Positions 42,825 through 55,800 of a stretch of DNA of 64,000 bases are shown here, piece after piece; position 1 is the first letter of the stretch, and each line of letters opens with the position of its first letter. The position numbers and the translations under genes are program-made. The stretch covers positions 2,469,249 through 2,533,248 of the forward strand of contig BDGG01000005.1 in assembly GCA_001949185.1 (NCBI GenBank), given 5' to 3'. The notes beneath the pieces are model-generated. The model was not told the DNA's origin and did not search any database. It saw only the letters and a program-made list of their open reading frames with translations. Origin of the DNA: Ramazzottius varieornatus. Taxonomy: Eukaryota; Animalia; Tardigrada.

Positions 42825-43414
42825 GGGAAGGCTCCGTACACCACCATAGTCTCCTAATACCACCTTTCAATTCCAAATCACTACTACTGTTTACTCCACA
42901 CACCACTTTCTAACTAAGGGCCACCACCAAGGACTTCGAGCACCACTTTATGCCAGATTGGTTTTCATTACTTAGTCTCAGAGAAGAAAGTCAGATCACC
43001 CTTCTATCGTGATTACAGATGGCAAGAAGTGTTTATCAACAGCGGGTTCTTTAAATCGTGAATCCTTCCTGTTCTCTGAACTTGCCAGAACACCGCTAAC
43101 TCTTTGGTTATAGTGACCGCGCTTCGATATCCCACTTTGATAACGGGTTTCCCCCGACGGCGTGACAATTTCTTGATCGTTTTACTATCGAAACAGTCTA
43201 AGAACCAGTTCCGCAGTTCTTTGCTCGAGAAAGACGCCTTTCTCCGGGCAAGAGTGGTGCGCAGAGATTTTAAGTTCTAATTAATTAACGGTGGTGAACG
43301 AAAGGTGGTACGTCCAGACAAACGGTGGTGAAAAGGTGGTATTAGGAGACCACGGTGGTGAGAGATGGTGTGCGGATACAATGGTGGTTTTCGGTGGTGT
43401 GCGCAGCACAATCC
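42825..43414. mobile_element. Mutator (MULE)-like MITE with ACCACC/GGTGGT subterminal repeats
   Basis: Flanked by a 10-bp duplication TATTGAAATA / TATTGTAATA; imperfect long TIRs (GTCTCCTAATACCACCTTT / AAAGGTGGTATTAGGAGAC; GG.../...CC ends). Confidence 0.7.
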
Positions 43415-43425
43415 TATTGTAATAT

Positions 43426-43999
43426 GGTTATCTGCATACGAGAATGCGTCCAAAGTATTTTGGCTTGGATTCGGCCTTTTTTGACATCAAGTTGTTCGAA
43501 ATATCGAACTGTACCAAAGGTTGAATTCGGGTTCAAATTTCAAAGGTTCAATTTGGGGACTTTGGGGCGTAATGAAGACAAAACGAGTGGCTGAAAAATT
43601 GAAGATCACTTATCGAAAATCACAGGGTTTTAGGGGCTAGTCTTGGTATCAGCAGCGCACTTCAGCTGGAGACGCGCACCAGTAAGACTTCCAGTGCATA
43701 TTGTCTGTGGTCTATTAGTAATTGATTAGTTGTTCAAATTTGGCTATGCACTGCGTATTTCGACCAGTGCGCGTACCGATTCGTGCGCCACATAGATTTT
43801 CAACACTTTCAGCTACCCCCTCGTAACTTTTTAACCTGTGGTCAGGGTCCAATTCTGAGTTCAGATTCGTGTTTCTCAAGGTCTTTTTGACATAGATCCA
43901 TCTCCGGTTAAAGCTTTTTTGGGGTCCGCAAACTTCAAAACGTTCCCCTGAACAATTGGGTCAGACCTGCTCTGTACGCATTCTCGTATGCAGATACCC
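43426..43999. mobile_element. MITE with ~30-bp TIRs and 4-bp ATAT TSD (Sola-like)
   Basis: ATAT|GGTTATCTGCATACGAGAATGCGTCCAAAG ... CTCTGTACGCATTCTCGTATGCAGATACCC|ATAT. Confidence 0.8.
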
Positions 44000-44334
44000 A
44001 TATATCGATATCGCACGAGATAATATCGGAAAAATATCGTATCGAAATATCGATATCGAATGAATATCGGATAGCTTGATTCGATATCGGCGGATATTGT
44101 ATCGACAGATATCGAATGTATCTCGCTATATCGATCTTGCGGATTTTGGCCAACACGGTGCAAAATTAATAGGTATTCACGACCGAACCGGGAAATTCTG
44201 GGCTTTTTCTACTGTTTCGAGACACATCCTGCGACATGCAGTCTAAGTTCGGTCTATCTGAGAAGCATCTCGTTTTCTAAGCTCTTAAATCAATCAGCGG
44301 ACTGATGAAACAGAGTTTTCCGGGCCGGCGGAAG

Positions 44335-44426
44335 CAGTGTTCAACATATCGATATATCGCTGTAATAAAATTCGATATATCGAAAGTACGATATCCAAAA
44401 CATATCGCATCGATTTGCCAGCACTG
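44335..44426. mobile_element. Short CGATA-rich MITE derivative
   Basis: CAGTGTT...GCCAGCACTG termini enclosing ATCGATAT/CGATAT repeats. Confidence 0.55.
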
Positions 44427-44771
44427 AAGTTGTTTTCAGGTCGATTGAAGCGATGCCCTTTCAAGTTTGTCACGATTTCAATGGATGTCGCCAAAGATAA
44501 AGCTTTCTGAAATCGCAAACTCTAGCGTGAAATAATGCGCCTCTTGATCGGGGTGCACGAAATTTTAGTTCGCAGATCGAAAACCGTACTCAGTCGGTTA
44601 CGATGAACACGTCTGCAGCGTTCAGCCGACTCGCCTTTGTTTCCGCAATGGTGTAAGTTGGGGGAAGGGGGTGTTGCATGACAGGTTGGTGTTCTCGGTA
44701 TTCAGTCGCACTCGCTCGGCCTTCCCAGTGGTCGGAACCACTAACTTAGGTAGTTTCAGCTAACACTCATG

Positions 44772-44873
44772 GTGTGTGTGTGTGTGGGGGGGGGGGGGNN
44801 NNNNNNNNNNNNNNNNNNNNNNNNNNNNNNNNNNNNNNNNNNNNNNNNTTTTTTTTGGGGGGGGGGGGGGGGG
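44772..44873. repeat. (GT)n / poly-G / poly-T low-complexity tract spanning an assembly gap
   Basis: Direct reading of the sequence. Confidence 0.85.
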
Positions 44874-47800
44874 TATCGCTGCTCCACTCCGGTTTTCGCC
44901 GAACTTTTCGGTCCCAGCTGCATTTTAAGACGGCACGGACAATCAAACTGGGAGCTGATCAAAAGGCAAAGTGGTTAGAAGGTATAAGTGTTGTTTCAAA
45001 ACGCGATAGGGTTGGAAGGCGAAATGCCTAAAAGGCCAAACGTGCAAAAGGCGAATCCTATAGGTGAGTTACTGGGAGGTGTATTGACACCTTACCGTAC
45101 TGGACAAACTGACTCGAAAGTTGACACGCTAGAATTCGACTAAGCACGAATAGAATCCTTACACAGTGCGAAACAAGAAAAAAACAAGATTTTGCAACTA
45201 CATATGGGCAATACGAAAAACTTCAGAATTCAATCCTTGAACTAAGACCAGCTAGTTGTCTTCTGTTGTCCGCACCCTCCAACGTAAACCTTTAAACACA
45301 CAACGAAAATTTATCCGGGAACTTTTGCCAAGTAGGATCTAGAGTCTAAGAACCGTAAGCCGAACAGGAGGCTGAAAAGAAAAACCTACATGGAGGTTGA
45401 TTGAAGCGGGCGCGCGCTTCCAGCCAAAACCCTGAATTGGTACAACGCCACTTGAGAGGACGACCTTGTACGTTTCGTTTGTTGTCGTCCCCAGATTGTA
45501 AGGCGCATAGATTATGCATCAAATCATCGGGCTGGATGTTGGCAACGGGGCTCACAGAAGCCTGAAGTTCTTTTACTTGATTTTCATTGGATCGCAGTAC
45601 ACTGATAAAGTTTAATGTCTTGATGGATATCAGCATTTCGCTAAATCAGTTGTTTCTTATTCCGTAGTGTGAATGAAAGTTTTTTCGTGCTTCCGTCGAG
45701 TTTCGACAGGATTTTAATCCGTCTGTCCAGACTGTATTGTGGAGGCCGGGTCTTCGAGCTCCTCACTAGGTGGCGCTGGACAATACAACTAGCGCCCATT
45801 ATACATGTGTACCTGCTAGGAGCTGTCACAGTCTGATCCGGACTAATCCAGCAAAAGGGTGCTTCTATTCGTTCGACGGAAATCCAAGTAGACTTCTATT
45901 CTTAACGGAACGTTTGCTGGCTCTGTAGTGGCGCCGATTTACTGTGGAGCAAACTGGGGTATTCTGTCAGAGTTGGCACAGCGCACCCATCGTGCTTGCT
46001 CCGACCAGAGCTGCTGTGTTTTGTAAAGGATACAACGGATTGCTAAAAACCCATTGCCAAATTTCAATGGGTTTTCTGTGGATAGAATTGTTGACAGGCC
46101 AAGTTTTCATGCATGGTCACTATGGCTTTGGTACAGTCTCCAACTCGACCAAAGCCCATTGACCAGCGTTTTGCATAGAGATGTTCTTTTTCGCAGGAAC
46201 AACACACCACAGTGTAGCTATGAACAGGCCTTGCTTATTGATAGAAATTTACAACATTGCCAAAGTGGTGCCTTTTCTTGTCTTGTATACGTAGTTTGAA
46301 CTCCCAACCACAATATTAGGAGTTCTCAGTCTTGCTTTCAAAGCTGTGCTGATTGCATTGATCTAGGAAACGACTTAATAAACTTCACTCAGGCCAAATT
46401 AGACTATCTCATGCACTCTTGGCTTAAATTTCAAAATTTCATTTTTCAGCTGATTTCCGTTTCCCCCTTGCTTCACCTTTTCTCGCTTGAGATTCTTGAT
46501 ATCTATCATCGCAGAGGATATTGGAAAAAGAGGGTAGCCAGAAAGTCAGGAGTTTGATCCCCGTCAGAAGGCAAAGTTTGCTCACGAACCCACCCCTCGA
46601 AACTCGCGCATTTCCGATTTGTTATGCATTGTTTTCAAAATTTCAAGTTCTATCTCACTCACGTTTGATTTGAGTAGATCAACCTAATTGTGCAAGCAGT
46701 TTGCGATTTCAACGGGTTTGGCAAGCAACCCCTATTCTCAAAGAAATACTGTCTGAAAACACGCAGCCGACACCACGTGGCTTACGCGTTCCACAAAACG
46801 CTTTCACGCATATTGCACACAATTCGTTTGGCCTCCGAGGTCGGGTGTTTATTTCACCTCTCGGTCGACTTACTATGCAGAACGTGAGAATTTCAGCTCT
46901 ATGGACCAGCTCTTCTTGGTTCAATTTCTCGTGATGTGGGCTTAATCGTTGCAGGTAGCGCAATCATAACTTCGAAGTCTACGTCTTAGGTTTGTAAAGA
47001 TCGATCAAGCAAAGCTGATCGTTTTGATGGCCGCTCTTTCATTTGTCGATAATCCTAATTGCGTTACGAGTTCTTGAATTGTAAAGCCATTGCGGTGCCA
47101 TAACTGAGACACTCACGGCGCTTCACCGAAATAATGATCGCAATTTTTATGATCTGTTTCGATAGGAAAATATGGGTCAAGTATTAGCGCTCAAGTGGCT
47201 TCGAGCGATAGTAGCCATTTATACGATCGCTTCAGTAAAAATGTATACTACAACACGTTGTGGTGGGTCTTCACTCTTCGTCTCACAACATGAGGTAGAC
47301 CGTCTACAGTAAAAGTGACACAGATTTCACTTTGTTCGTTGCAAGGGAGATTACACCATCATTATGCACACATCAGTGGCAGGAAAGAACTGCCGTCCGT
47401 TTCACACGTTGACCATTGCCAATTGACGCTATGGTGATGCCTCGAGGACGAGCTTACAAAATATTTAGGATCAACTGCCATCAGAAACAAGATTTCACTC
47501 TACATTCAGGCGAATGTTTGATCAAACTAAGCTGCCGGCTTAAGGCAACAAGGGCCAACGTCAAGCTCCACAGTACAGGCTGCCCGAATAAACAAATAAC
47601 CGCCACTGTCAACGCTATCATTCTGCACTTACTCGGACAAGTTCCACAACATCTTGTGGCGCTTTATTTTGGTCAACGTCAGCTCCGTGTTTGATCCGCA
47701 ACTTCAAGCTGTTTACCTTCAAACTCTTTCAACTCCCATTAAGCACTACTAATATTGAGGTAGTCGATCTTCAAGACTAATTGTTTTTCTTTCGAATGTT

Positions 47801-49846
47801 CTACTGTCACGGTGATCGATTTACGCCTTTGAGCGAAATCTGCAATTGGGTTTCTGGCTTCGTTTTAATTTTTCTAAGGTAATGGTATTGAAATTCTAAT
47901 GAAGTCATTAATATGGTCGAATAGACGGTGCGATTTGACATGGTCAATGGGTACGAAGTGCGGCGACCCAGATCATGTCAGAGATGCGCTGAGCGGAGCT
48001 CCACATCGGATTGATATCGATAAAAGATGTATATATTGTCGCAAAAAATCGAAACGGTGCGAGGCGTTCTGCGTATTGATTTCCTCACTAAGAGTTCCGA
48101 TACCGATACGAGGAATATCAGCGAATGTCTAACGCGAGAAATGCCGTTAAAATAACCCGGTGGCCGATCACGTTCGACTCTAGAGATGACCACACGCTCA
48201 CTATCCATAAAGAGCGACTATAATAGGATACAAAAACGATGGTCGGACATCCTTTCAGTCTTTCATGTCCTTGCTGACCAATTTCATCGAGTATTTCCGC
48301 CAAAACGAACGGTTAAGATACGACAGCGTGCGCTATATAAGCATACACTATTTGGATTACTGTTAAAAATTGATTACCGGCTGGAGAAATATGTGACGAT
48401 AAGATGTCGATGAAGTTGTTTCTTTTGATTATGAAAAATGGCTTGCCGTTACACGCGAACCAACAGCCTAGTTGAGTGCAGCAGCGCGGCTGGGTCTCCG
48501 ATTTGTATCAATTTATGGCTGATGGTGTCTCACAGATGGATACATACTTCTCTGGTAAGCCTAGAAGGCACGTTCACAGCGAGGATCCCCATAAACAGAT
48601 GCATAGCCGCCGCCGGCCCTGGTCCCATTTTAGTCAAATTCGTGTAAAGTGGCCTGGCCTTTTCAACTTCGTTATGGTGTATAATTAATCGTAACATCAG
48701 TCTTTCATGTTGGAGTAGCTAAAGCGTAGGACACAGTTCTGGGTTCGCCCTAGTAATTGGTACGTTAAAGACAGTGAGGCCTTGTCAGTGTCCAGCAGAG
48801 AGCCGGGTATTTTACTGATGCGAGCTCATAATGTGGTTGAGCACCGCTGAGCGGAGATTCTTTGGGCGGATGTAGGTGGGAGGAGGAGGCGGTGAATGTC
48901 AATCACCTGCCATTGCACCGCAGGAAAGCCATTCCTCAGACCTAATTTTTATTCATGGATATGTACTTTTATTCCTAAAAATTTCATCTCACGCATCTTA
49001 CTTTCGAAGCACCATAAGTGTGTAAAGCAGCGAAGCCGTTTTAACGTACTGTGAAAATTCGCACCGTTCGCGCAATATCGTCGTAAACGTGAAGTAGAGC
49101 CGCGATCCGGCTTCACTGCCTGTTCAACCCCTGCGGGGGTGCACCGTCATGTACTTGTACGTACTACGCAGACGCAGCGAATATTTACAGTACTTACGGG
49201 GCTGAAACGCGAGAAATATTTCGTGATGCCACTGCGCGCCCATTTTTCTGCAACCTTTTCATCTAGCCATTTTTACTTTAAATTTGCAAGTGCTCTGAAT
49301 TTATCAGAACCGGGAAGTCGCTGTCGTGTTTCCAGAAAACTTCCCGGGGGTAAAGCCTGAGAAGCCTGATTTACCACCATGCTGCAGTGGTCAGTTCACC
49401 GATTTCTGTGCTTACGATCACTGTTCCATTACGTACAGCCACAAACTGAGCTCCACCTAGGCTCCACCGCAATACGTACGTTGGCCCATGGTAATCCGCC
49501 TCCGCAGGCCATTTACTCCGTATTGAACTGCATCTCGTGCCGTCTGTCAGTCTGGTCTACAGCGCTTCATCATTACAATCTGACAGCAAATTCGCAGGAA
49601 AAGTAGCAGTCAGAGCGATGTGCGGGGTTGATCTTTGAAGCACATTATGAAGCTCTACTTTCAGGAAATTTAAACATTGGAGCAAGTGATAACTCGCAGC
49701 TGTCAAGTGCGCCAACATCTCGACCTCATCTTTTGCGTGGGTTTCCGTGGACCTTAACATCCCCGTTTATCGTTCTCACCCACTCTTCTGCTCAATGGAT
49801 TGGCCACGATGAGCTGTGCAAATGGACATGTTAGTTACGGACCATC

Positions 49847-52800
49847 ATGCACATCTGGCGAATATTCCCCATGAATGGCTGTGCTATCAGGAAACTGTGT
49901 GGAATAATACCGGATTTACATCTACTGACTCACAGCTATGTCTCCTTGTTCATATTTCTGCTGCAATTGTCAGGTGAGTCAAACCAGCTTCTGAGCTTAT
50001 TGTTCACCGAAATACACTAGTAATACACGCAATTTTTCCATCACTCAAAAGATCTGATATGACATTAGGTATCGTTTTCTTCTTACCCGAATACCACACT
50101 TCTGATTCATCAGACCTGGAGGTGGTCCTTCCGGATCCTGTCACGTGCTGAATTCAGTGGTGTGGGCGTACACAAATAAGTTACGGGCTCGGTTTAGTTT
50201 TCCGGAATATTGGATGGCTCAGTAAGCCCACGTTCGTTTTCAAACCTAAGACAAAACAACTCGTAAATTACATCCTGGTGGCACTTTATCGTGTGTGACT
50301 AGCCTTTGTAATCATATCCTACCACGCCTCATCGGCGACCTGCATCCGAAACATTTGAGCCTTTTAATTGCGTTAGCTAATGTGGCTTCACGGATGGGAG
50401 TCGTTATCAAATGTTTTCCTTGATCGTCCACTAGAGACGGAGATGCGATAAATTTAGTTCAAGTGGAATGTTGATGTCTAGCTGTGAGCGTTCAACTCGA
50501 GCAAGTCTTTTAAACTGTTAAAGAACAGTTTATCATTGATGAAAGCAGCGGGAAGCCGGAGGAACTCGATCGGTTACAGAATTTTTTAATTTAAAATGCA
50601 GTACAAGGCATGTTTGACAGCACAGAGTCGTGCTTGAACATCTTCGATTCAGCTGCAGTTAGCCTCGAGCACGTAATCCCTGTTATGAGATCACTTGGAT
50701 CCTTTGGTCAACTGCATTGAATCAAACCGGCTTTTGCACAATTGACGTTCAAGTTGAAACTTGCGGGTGGCTGAAACAGGACCTGAAAGAATATTGTCCA
50801 GATTCGTATGCCAGTGGTGAATTACGTTAAAGTCAGCGAGTCTTGTTGTTGGGCAGAAGTTTGTGCACACGCTCACGATAAACTTTAAAAAATTGGAAAA
50901 CGACCATATGAAATGTGTATTGAAACCAATCAGCGTGTCGATTTAGGAAGACTGTTTTTCTCATATGATGTGCAATAAGTTGACCTATATTTTGATACGT
51001 GGAGAGATGTGAAGGATCGACCGCGTTGCGTGTTTTTTGGACTCACGCAGGGCAATCGATTTGTTGAAGGGTTTGTTGAGGATACAAAGTTGGGATGTGT
51101 AATATGGCTAGTTTTCACTCTCGGAACGTCTTGACGTGAAGTCTGACCCAGGGGGTTGGTAGATGAAGAGCGAAATCGGATCTGTGACGGTTTATCACAC
51201 AATGTTTCTTGCGCTACTGTTCAAGGAGCCCATTCAGAGCTGAGCCGTTTGTTTTTTGTCGGCGTCATGTAGCGCTTCGATCGACTTTCGTTGGCCAAGT
51301 CTGCGGCATCGATTTATACATCCAACACTTGTTTGATCGATGTTCGACATCATTAGTATGGAAAGGGGGAGTGCAAAAGAACAAGAGCTTCAAGATCGCC
51401 AGCACAGTATACATGGAAATCCACTCGTTTTCAAAGAGTGACGCGCCATCGAGAGGCTATGCGGATGTGCCGTCCAAGTATCAGCTTCAGACTTCAGACG
51501 AGGAAACCATCACCGGAGAAGCCACCGAGAGGCCTTCTCAAGACATTAACTATGGCATCAACAACAATCAGAGATGATTTGTTCGCGAGCTGTTTGAACG
51601 CTCTTTGTGAAAGAAGCGAACACAAACTCGGTTTCACTTGGATGGGAAGTGGGAACTGTGTACTGATTTCCGCTATTGAAAACTTGACACGGATGGTACC
51701 CCGTTCGATATTGTTGGGTAATAGGTTATGACCAAAAGAGCAAGTGTTGAATTTAATCGGATGAGAAATTCGTGATCGAGCACTTGCATTGACCTGTAGC
51801 AGGTTGTGCATGGGTAATGGCGATCCGCCCGAACGAAATATCTTGGTATATTAAAAACCGAGGCTCCAATAAAGTGAAATAAAACGGAATTGGTCGCAAC
51901 GTCAGTTTTCTATTTTCTGAATATTCTTCAAAATCGTGCTTGATGGACAACGCGATGTCCGTATTTTCAAGTTCGTTCCAAAACCTCCCGAATATATAAA
52001 TAGAGAGCAAAGCTCTTTTCCCCGTGTTATGTACGGTACGAAATTGGTGGAATTTTCTCTATCTCTTGGAAATCATTGCACTTAAAGCTATAGTTTATTC
52101 GTACAGGTGTGAATCGAAAGATGATAGGACCAAGCATCAGCCTTGGTTTGGCACTCAAGCGTTTAATTTTTTACCTTTGATTGTAGGCTTTAGCGGTCAG
52201 CTGGTGACCGCTTCGCCATCATCGTCCTCCACAGCGGAAGTTACACGATGCCCTCTCCTGATCCCTTCGGTCAACAGCATCGTTTCGTACAATTCCGACG
52301 AGCTAATCGATAGCACCATTGCCACCTATTCATGCTTGCCGGGCTACGAGCGCTTTGGCGAGCCGGAACGCGTCTGTTTGCGTGGGCGATGGACTGGCCA
52401 AACTCCCGTCTGCGCCATCAATATTGCCATTAGACAAGATGCCAAACAATCCTCCAATGCTACAGAATTCACTGTCCTTCAGGGCACCAAACAAGCCTAT
52501 GAAGCAGCAGCTTATCTGGCTGTGGACGGGACCAAAATCTACTGCTCAAAAACTTCGCCGGAAGTCCAGCCCAGATGGTCACTCACCTTCGCACAGAGCT
52601 TTCCGGTGATTGCTATCAAAGTCTATGGAGAAGCCGGCCATGGTAAGAACTTCAAAACAACGGGGAAGCCTCAACGGAACGACTATTACCAGGTGGCGCG
52701 CTTTCTTACTGCCATTCGCTTGGAGCGTGCGCCACTTGATGCCGGCCACCTAATTTCTCCACAGTCTTGATTCTTCAAGTTAAATTCGATTCATTATTCG

Positions 52801-55800
52801 ATCTGGGACTATTAACGTTATATGCCTAACCCAGAAGATATTCTCTGGTTAAGTACCACACTACGACGTCATCGCGGACCTCTTTAACTTGCGAAAAGGC
52901 AGCTGGCACAGCCTGATTATGAATGCCAAGGCCGTGCCAGAGCCAAGACGAACTTGGCCTGAGTTTGCAAATTGAAAATTGGTTCGACCGCGAAGAAGTG
53001 TATAATTGCTTCCGGTTTTCCAAGTGTAGCACAACAATCCTCTAGTTCAATTTTTTTCCGTCTGGCCTAGTAGACTAATGAACAGCAAGATGAATGGAGG
53101 CTTTTGTACCGGAAGATCTTCTTGACTTGGCCGACTCGGACATGTTGATTATTTATCGCTTGATAATGAGCCGTGACAGATCTGTACTTTCCATTGACTC
53201 GCATTGCTGCTTTTTCTCGTAGACATGGCTGACATGGAAGTGTCACTACTGCCGAAATCTGACCTACAATTCTCCAGCGAAGAAAGAGAGAAAAGCGTCT
53301 GTAAGCTGTCAACGTCCATATCAGTGTTGACCGGTGAAGGTAAGTCTCCACGAACCCCGGCGTATTAATGAACGCCGAGATTTCTCAAGTTATAGAACGT
53401 CTCGTCTGGCAGTCCGTCCATCACTAACGGATGACTGATTTCTCTGAAAGGAAAAACAAAGAACGATGTCGGCCATCTCGTATTATTTTTATGGGTGGTG
53501 CGCGCATGTTTGTTTTTCTCTTCTATTTTGGACGTTTTATTGATTACTGAGATGACGATTAGTGCAAATGAGAAACTGTGCTACTTGTCAGCACACAAAA
53601 GATAACTAAAGAAAATTGAAGGTTTGACTAATGAGGTACCGATGCTTCTATTTTCGTACTTTTCGCAGAAACGAAAGCGGCCAATTCGACAACCAGCAAC
53701 GTGACGTTTTTTCTCTGCAACAGCAACTTCCCCGCTCGGCAAGTCCTCATCAAACGCCGTGCCTACGCATCGCTTCGTCTCTGCGAAGTTGAAGTGTTCT
53801 CTCAACAAGGCAAGCCTCCTTTTCCAAAGTTCAAGACGACATGACAAATAAAAAATTTGCATAAACATGTGCGCAGTTTTGCCGCGGCCCGATCGTATAA
53901 ACTCGCAAGTTTTTGGCCGCAGCATCAGAAGTTGTATCGTAGTGAGAATTTTTGGTGCTCTGCAAAAACGGAAAGTATCTTACAACGCTTGAAACCGGGT
54001 CACATTCGGGTGGAACAAATGCCTCAAACGAGAGGGTAGACCGATCCTCAACCTTGGAAAAGCACTGAGGAAGCCTAAAATTGCGGGTTTACCGTTGAAA
54101 ATTTCCTAAATCTGAAGGTCCAAGGTCGGCTCGTATATTCACTTCATCAGAAAAACTAACTGCTAGTACTGCAGCTATATCTCACAAAATCAAAGATTTC
54201 CATGTCTGTAGAACGTGAAACAGTGCCAATTTGTTCTTCATTCTAGGCAAGCCCTGTCAGCATCCTGGCGCACCGCAGAATAGTATTGCGAAGCTGTCGC
54301 ACGTGGAGTGGCCATTTCCGCCGGGTGCCGTGGCGGTCTACGACTGCAACGCCGGTTTTACGCGTATTCCCACAGACGCCACCTTTCACCGCACCTGTCA
54401 GATCAACGGCACTTGGGATGTCCGCGAACCAATATGCGGTGCGTACGTGCATGCAAATGCTTTACATGTGATAATTTGTGACTAGTCTACTGTGGCTGTA
54501 AAGGCGGTGACGCAATATTTAAGAGGAGGCCACTTAATTCTCAGCGTCCTCCAGTTATGGCTGGTAATATGGGCTCATTTCACGGCGACATCGGAGAGGC
54601 GACCTTGTTCTTGACGTAACCGCCTGTAATCGCATTCGAATAGAATGCATGAGAGAAAATTACCTGATAAAGTCATTTGCACCGGTGGTTGAAGGCCTTG
54701 ACTAACCGCCACTGCCCGCACACAGGTTGACCCCACGTCCGACGCTTTGGTCCGACAACTCATAAATATGAGTAAATTGCAGTTAATTATAGAGCTTAAG
54801 CCATATTACCAGCACATAACGACGGAAATGAAAGCTGATTTACGACCAAGAATACCGTACAAAAACTAAACCTTTCACCTCGGTTTTTATGGGGTTAGAT
54901 ATTATTTTGCGGTCGTCCAGCGCCTTAGTTTTCTCGAAGTAGCGCGATGTTTCAGAGCGTTTTCTACTTTCCGTGAAAAAGGCACATCCAATGTATGCTG
55001 AATTTTCATTCAAAATAATTTTTTCAGAAGGTTCCAGTCTGAAAGCGCGAATGTAGTCAACGGTTTGTTGGAAGAGCCTTTTTCTGCAGTATACAGTAGT
55101 TGACAAAGCAAAGTTGTTTGCTCAGACATATTTGTTCGATTTTTTTAAAAGCTGTCAAGAATTGCGTCATTATTTGCTGTTGACACACAGTAGCAAAAAA
55201 TACCGGTCAACTCCTGACTGATGTGAATATAATGGGTACGATATGCTAACTTGTTGATTTTTCTCTCACAGTGACCAATGTGGCGCAATATCGATCGGCC
55301 AGTCAATCTTCATTGTTCAGCAATTACAACTACCCACCTTGGCAAGCCGTGGATGCCGACATGAACACCTGTGCCTGGACACGGCGCGAAAACGAGCCCT
55401 GGCTACAAATTGACCTGCTCAAGGTGTACACCATTCATGGCATCGCCGTGATTTTGGACAAAGAGCGCCTTTTCTGTAAGAGTGTAAAGTGTCAAGCGGG
55501 TAATTATAGGGGAGTGCAGAGCCCATACATCCGGTGTACACTGGCAGTAAATAACCCACTTCCTCTTCCTCTTGTACAGATCAGTTCCACCGTAGCCTCC
55601 TCATCAGTATTAGCAACCGGTCGGACACGACTGACTTGCAGTCCGTCAAGATACCGCTGACATTCCGCCGAAGCCTTCTCAAGGAAACTGCCGGACCTGG
55701 CTCGGGTGTCTTCCACCTTGATGGAACTGCTATCGGCAGATACGTCACGCTGTTCGTCAAGGGCGACGTGGAAAAGTTCCTCGGAATCTGTGACGTACAG

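Larger units (their letters stand above)
42781..44158 (+). mobile_element. CGATA-rich hAT-like MITE interrupted by two nested insertions
   Basis: The left part 42781-42824 and the right part 44000-44158 rejoin into a sequence colinear with the uninterrupted copy at 63844-64000. The right end ...TTGGCCAACACGG mirrors the (C/T)AGTG(C/T)TGGC terminus. Confidence 0.75.

Noticed and set aside
44891-45058. Possible small MULE-like element with AAAAGGCGAA repeats
   Set aside because: TIR match is weak and there is no TSD; not supportable as a feature.
46531-46580. tRNA/SINE-like GGAGTTTGATCCCC B-box
   Set aside because: No A-box or cloverleaf, and no second copy in the window.
33618-51480. Peptide YADVPS in two unrelated short ORFs
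   Set aside because: No similarity beyond six residues; treated as chance.
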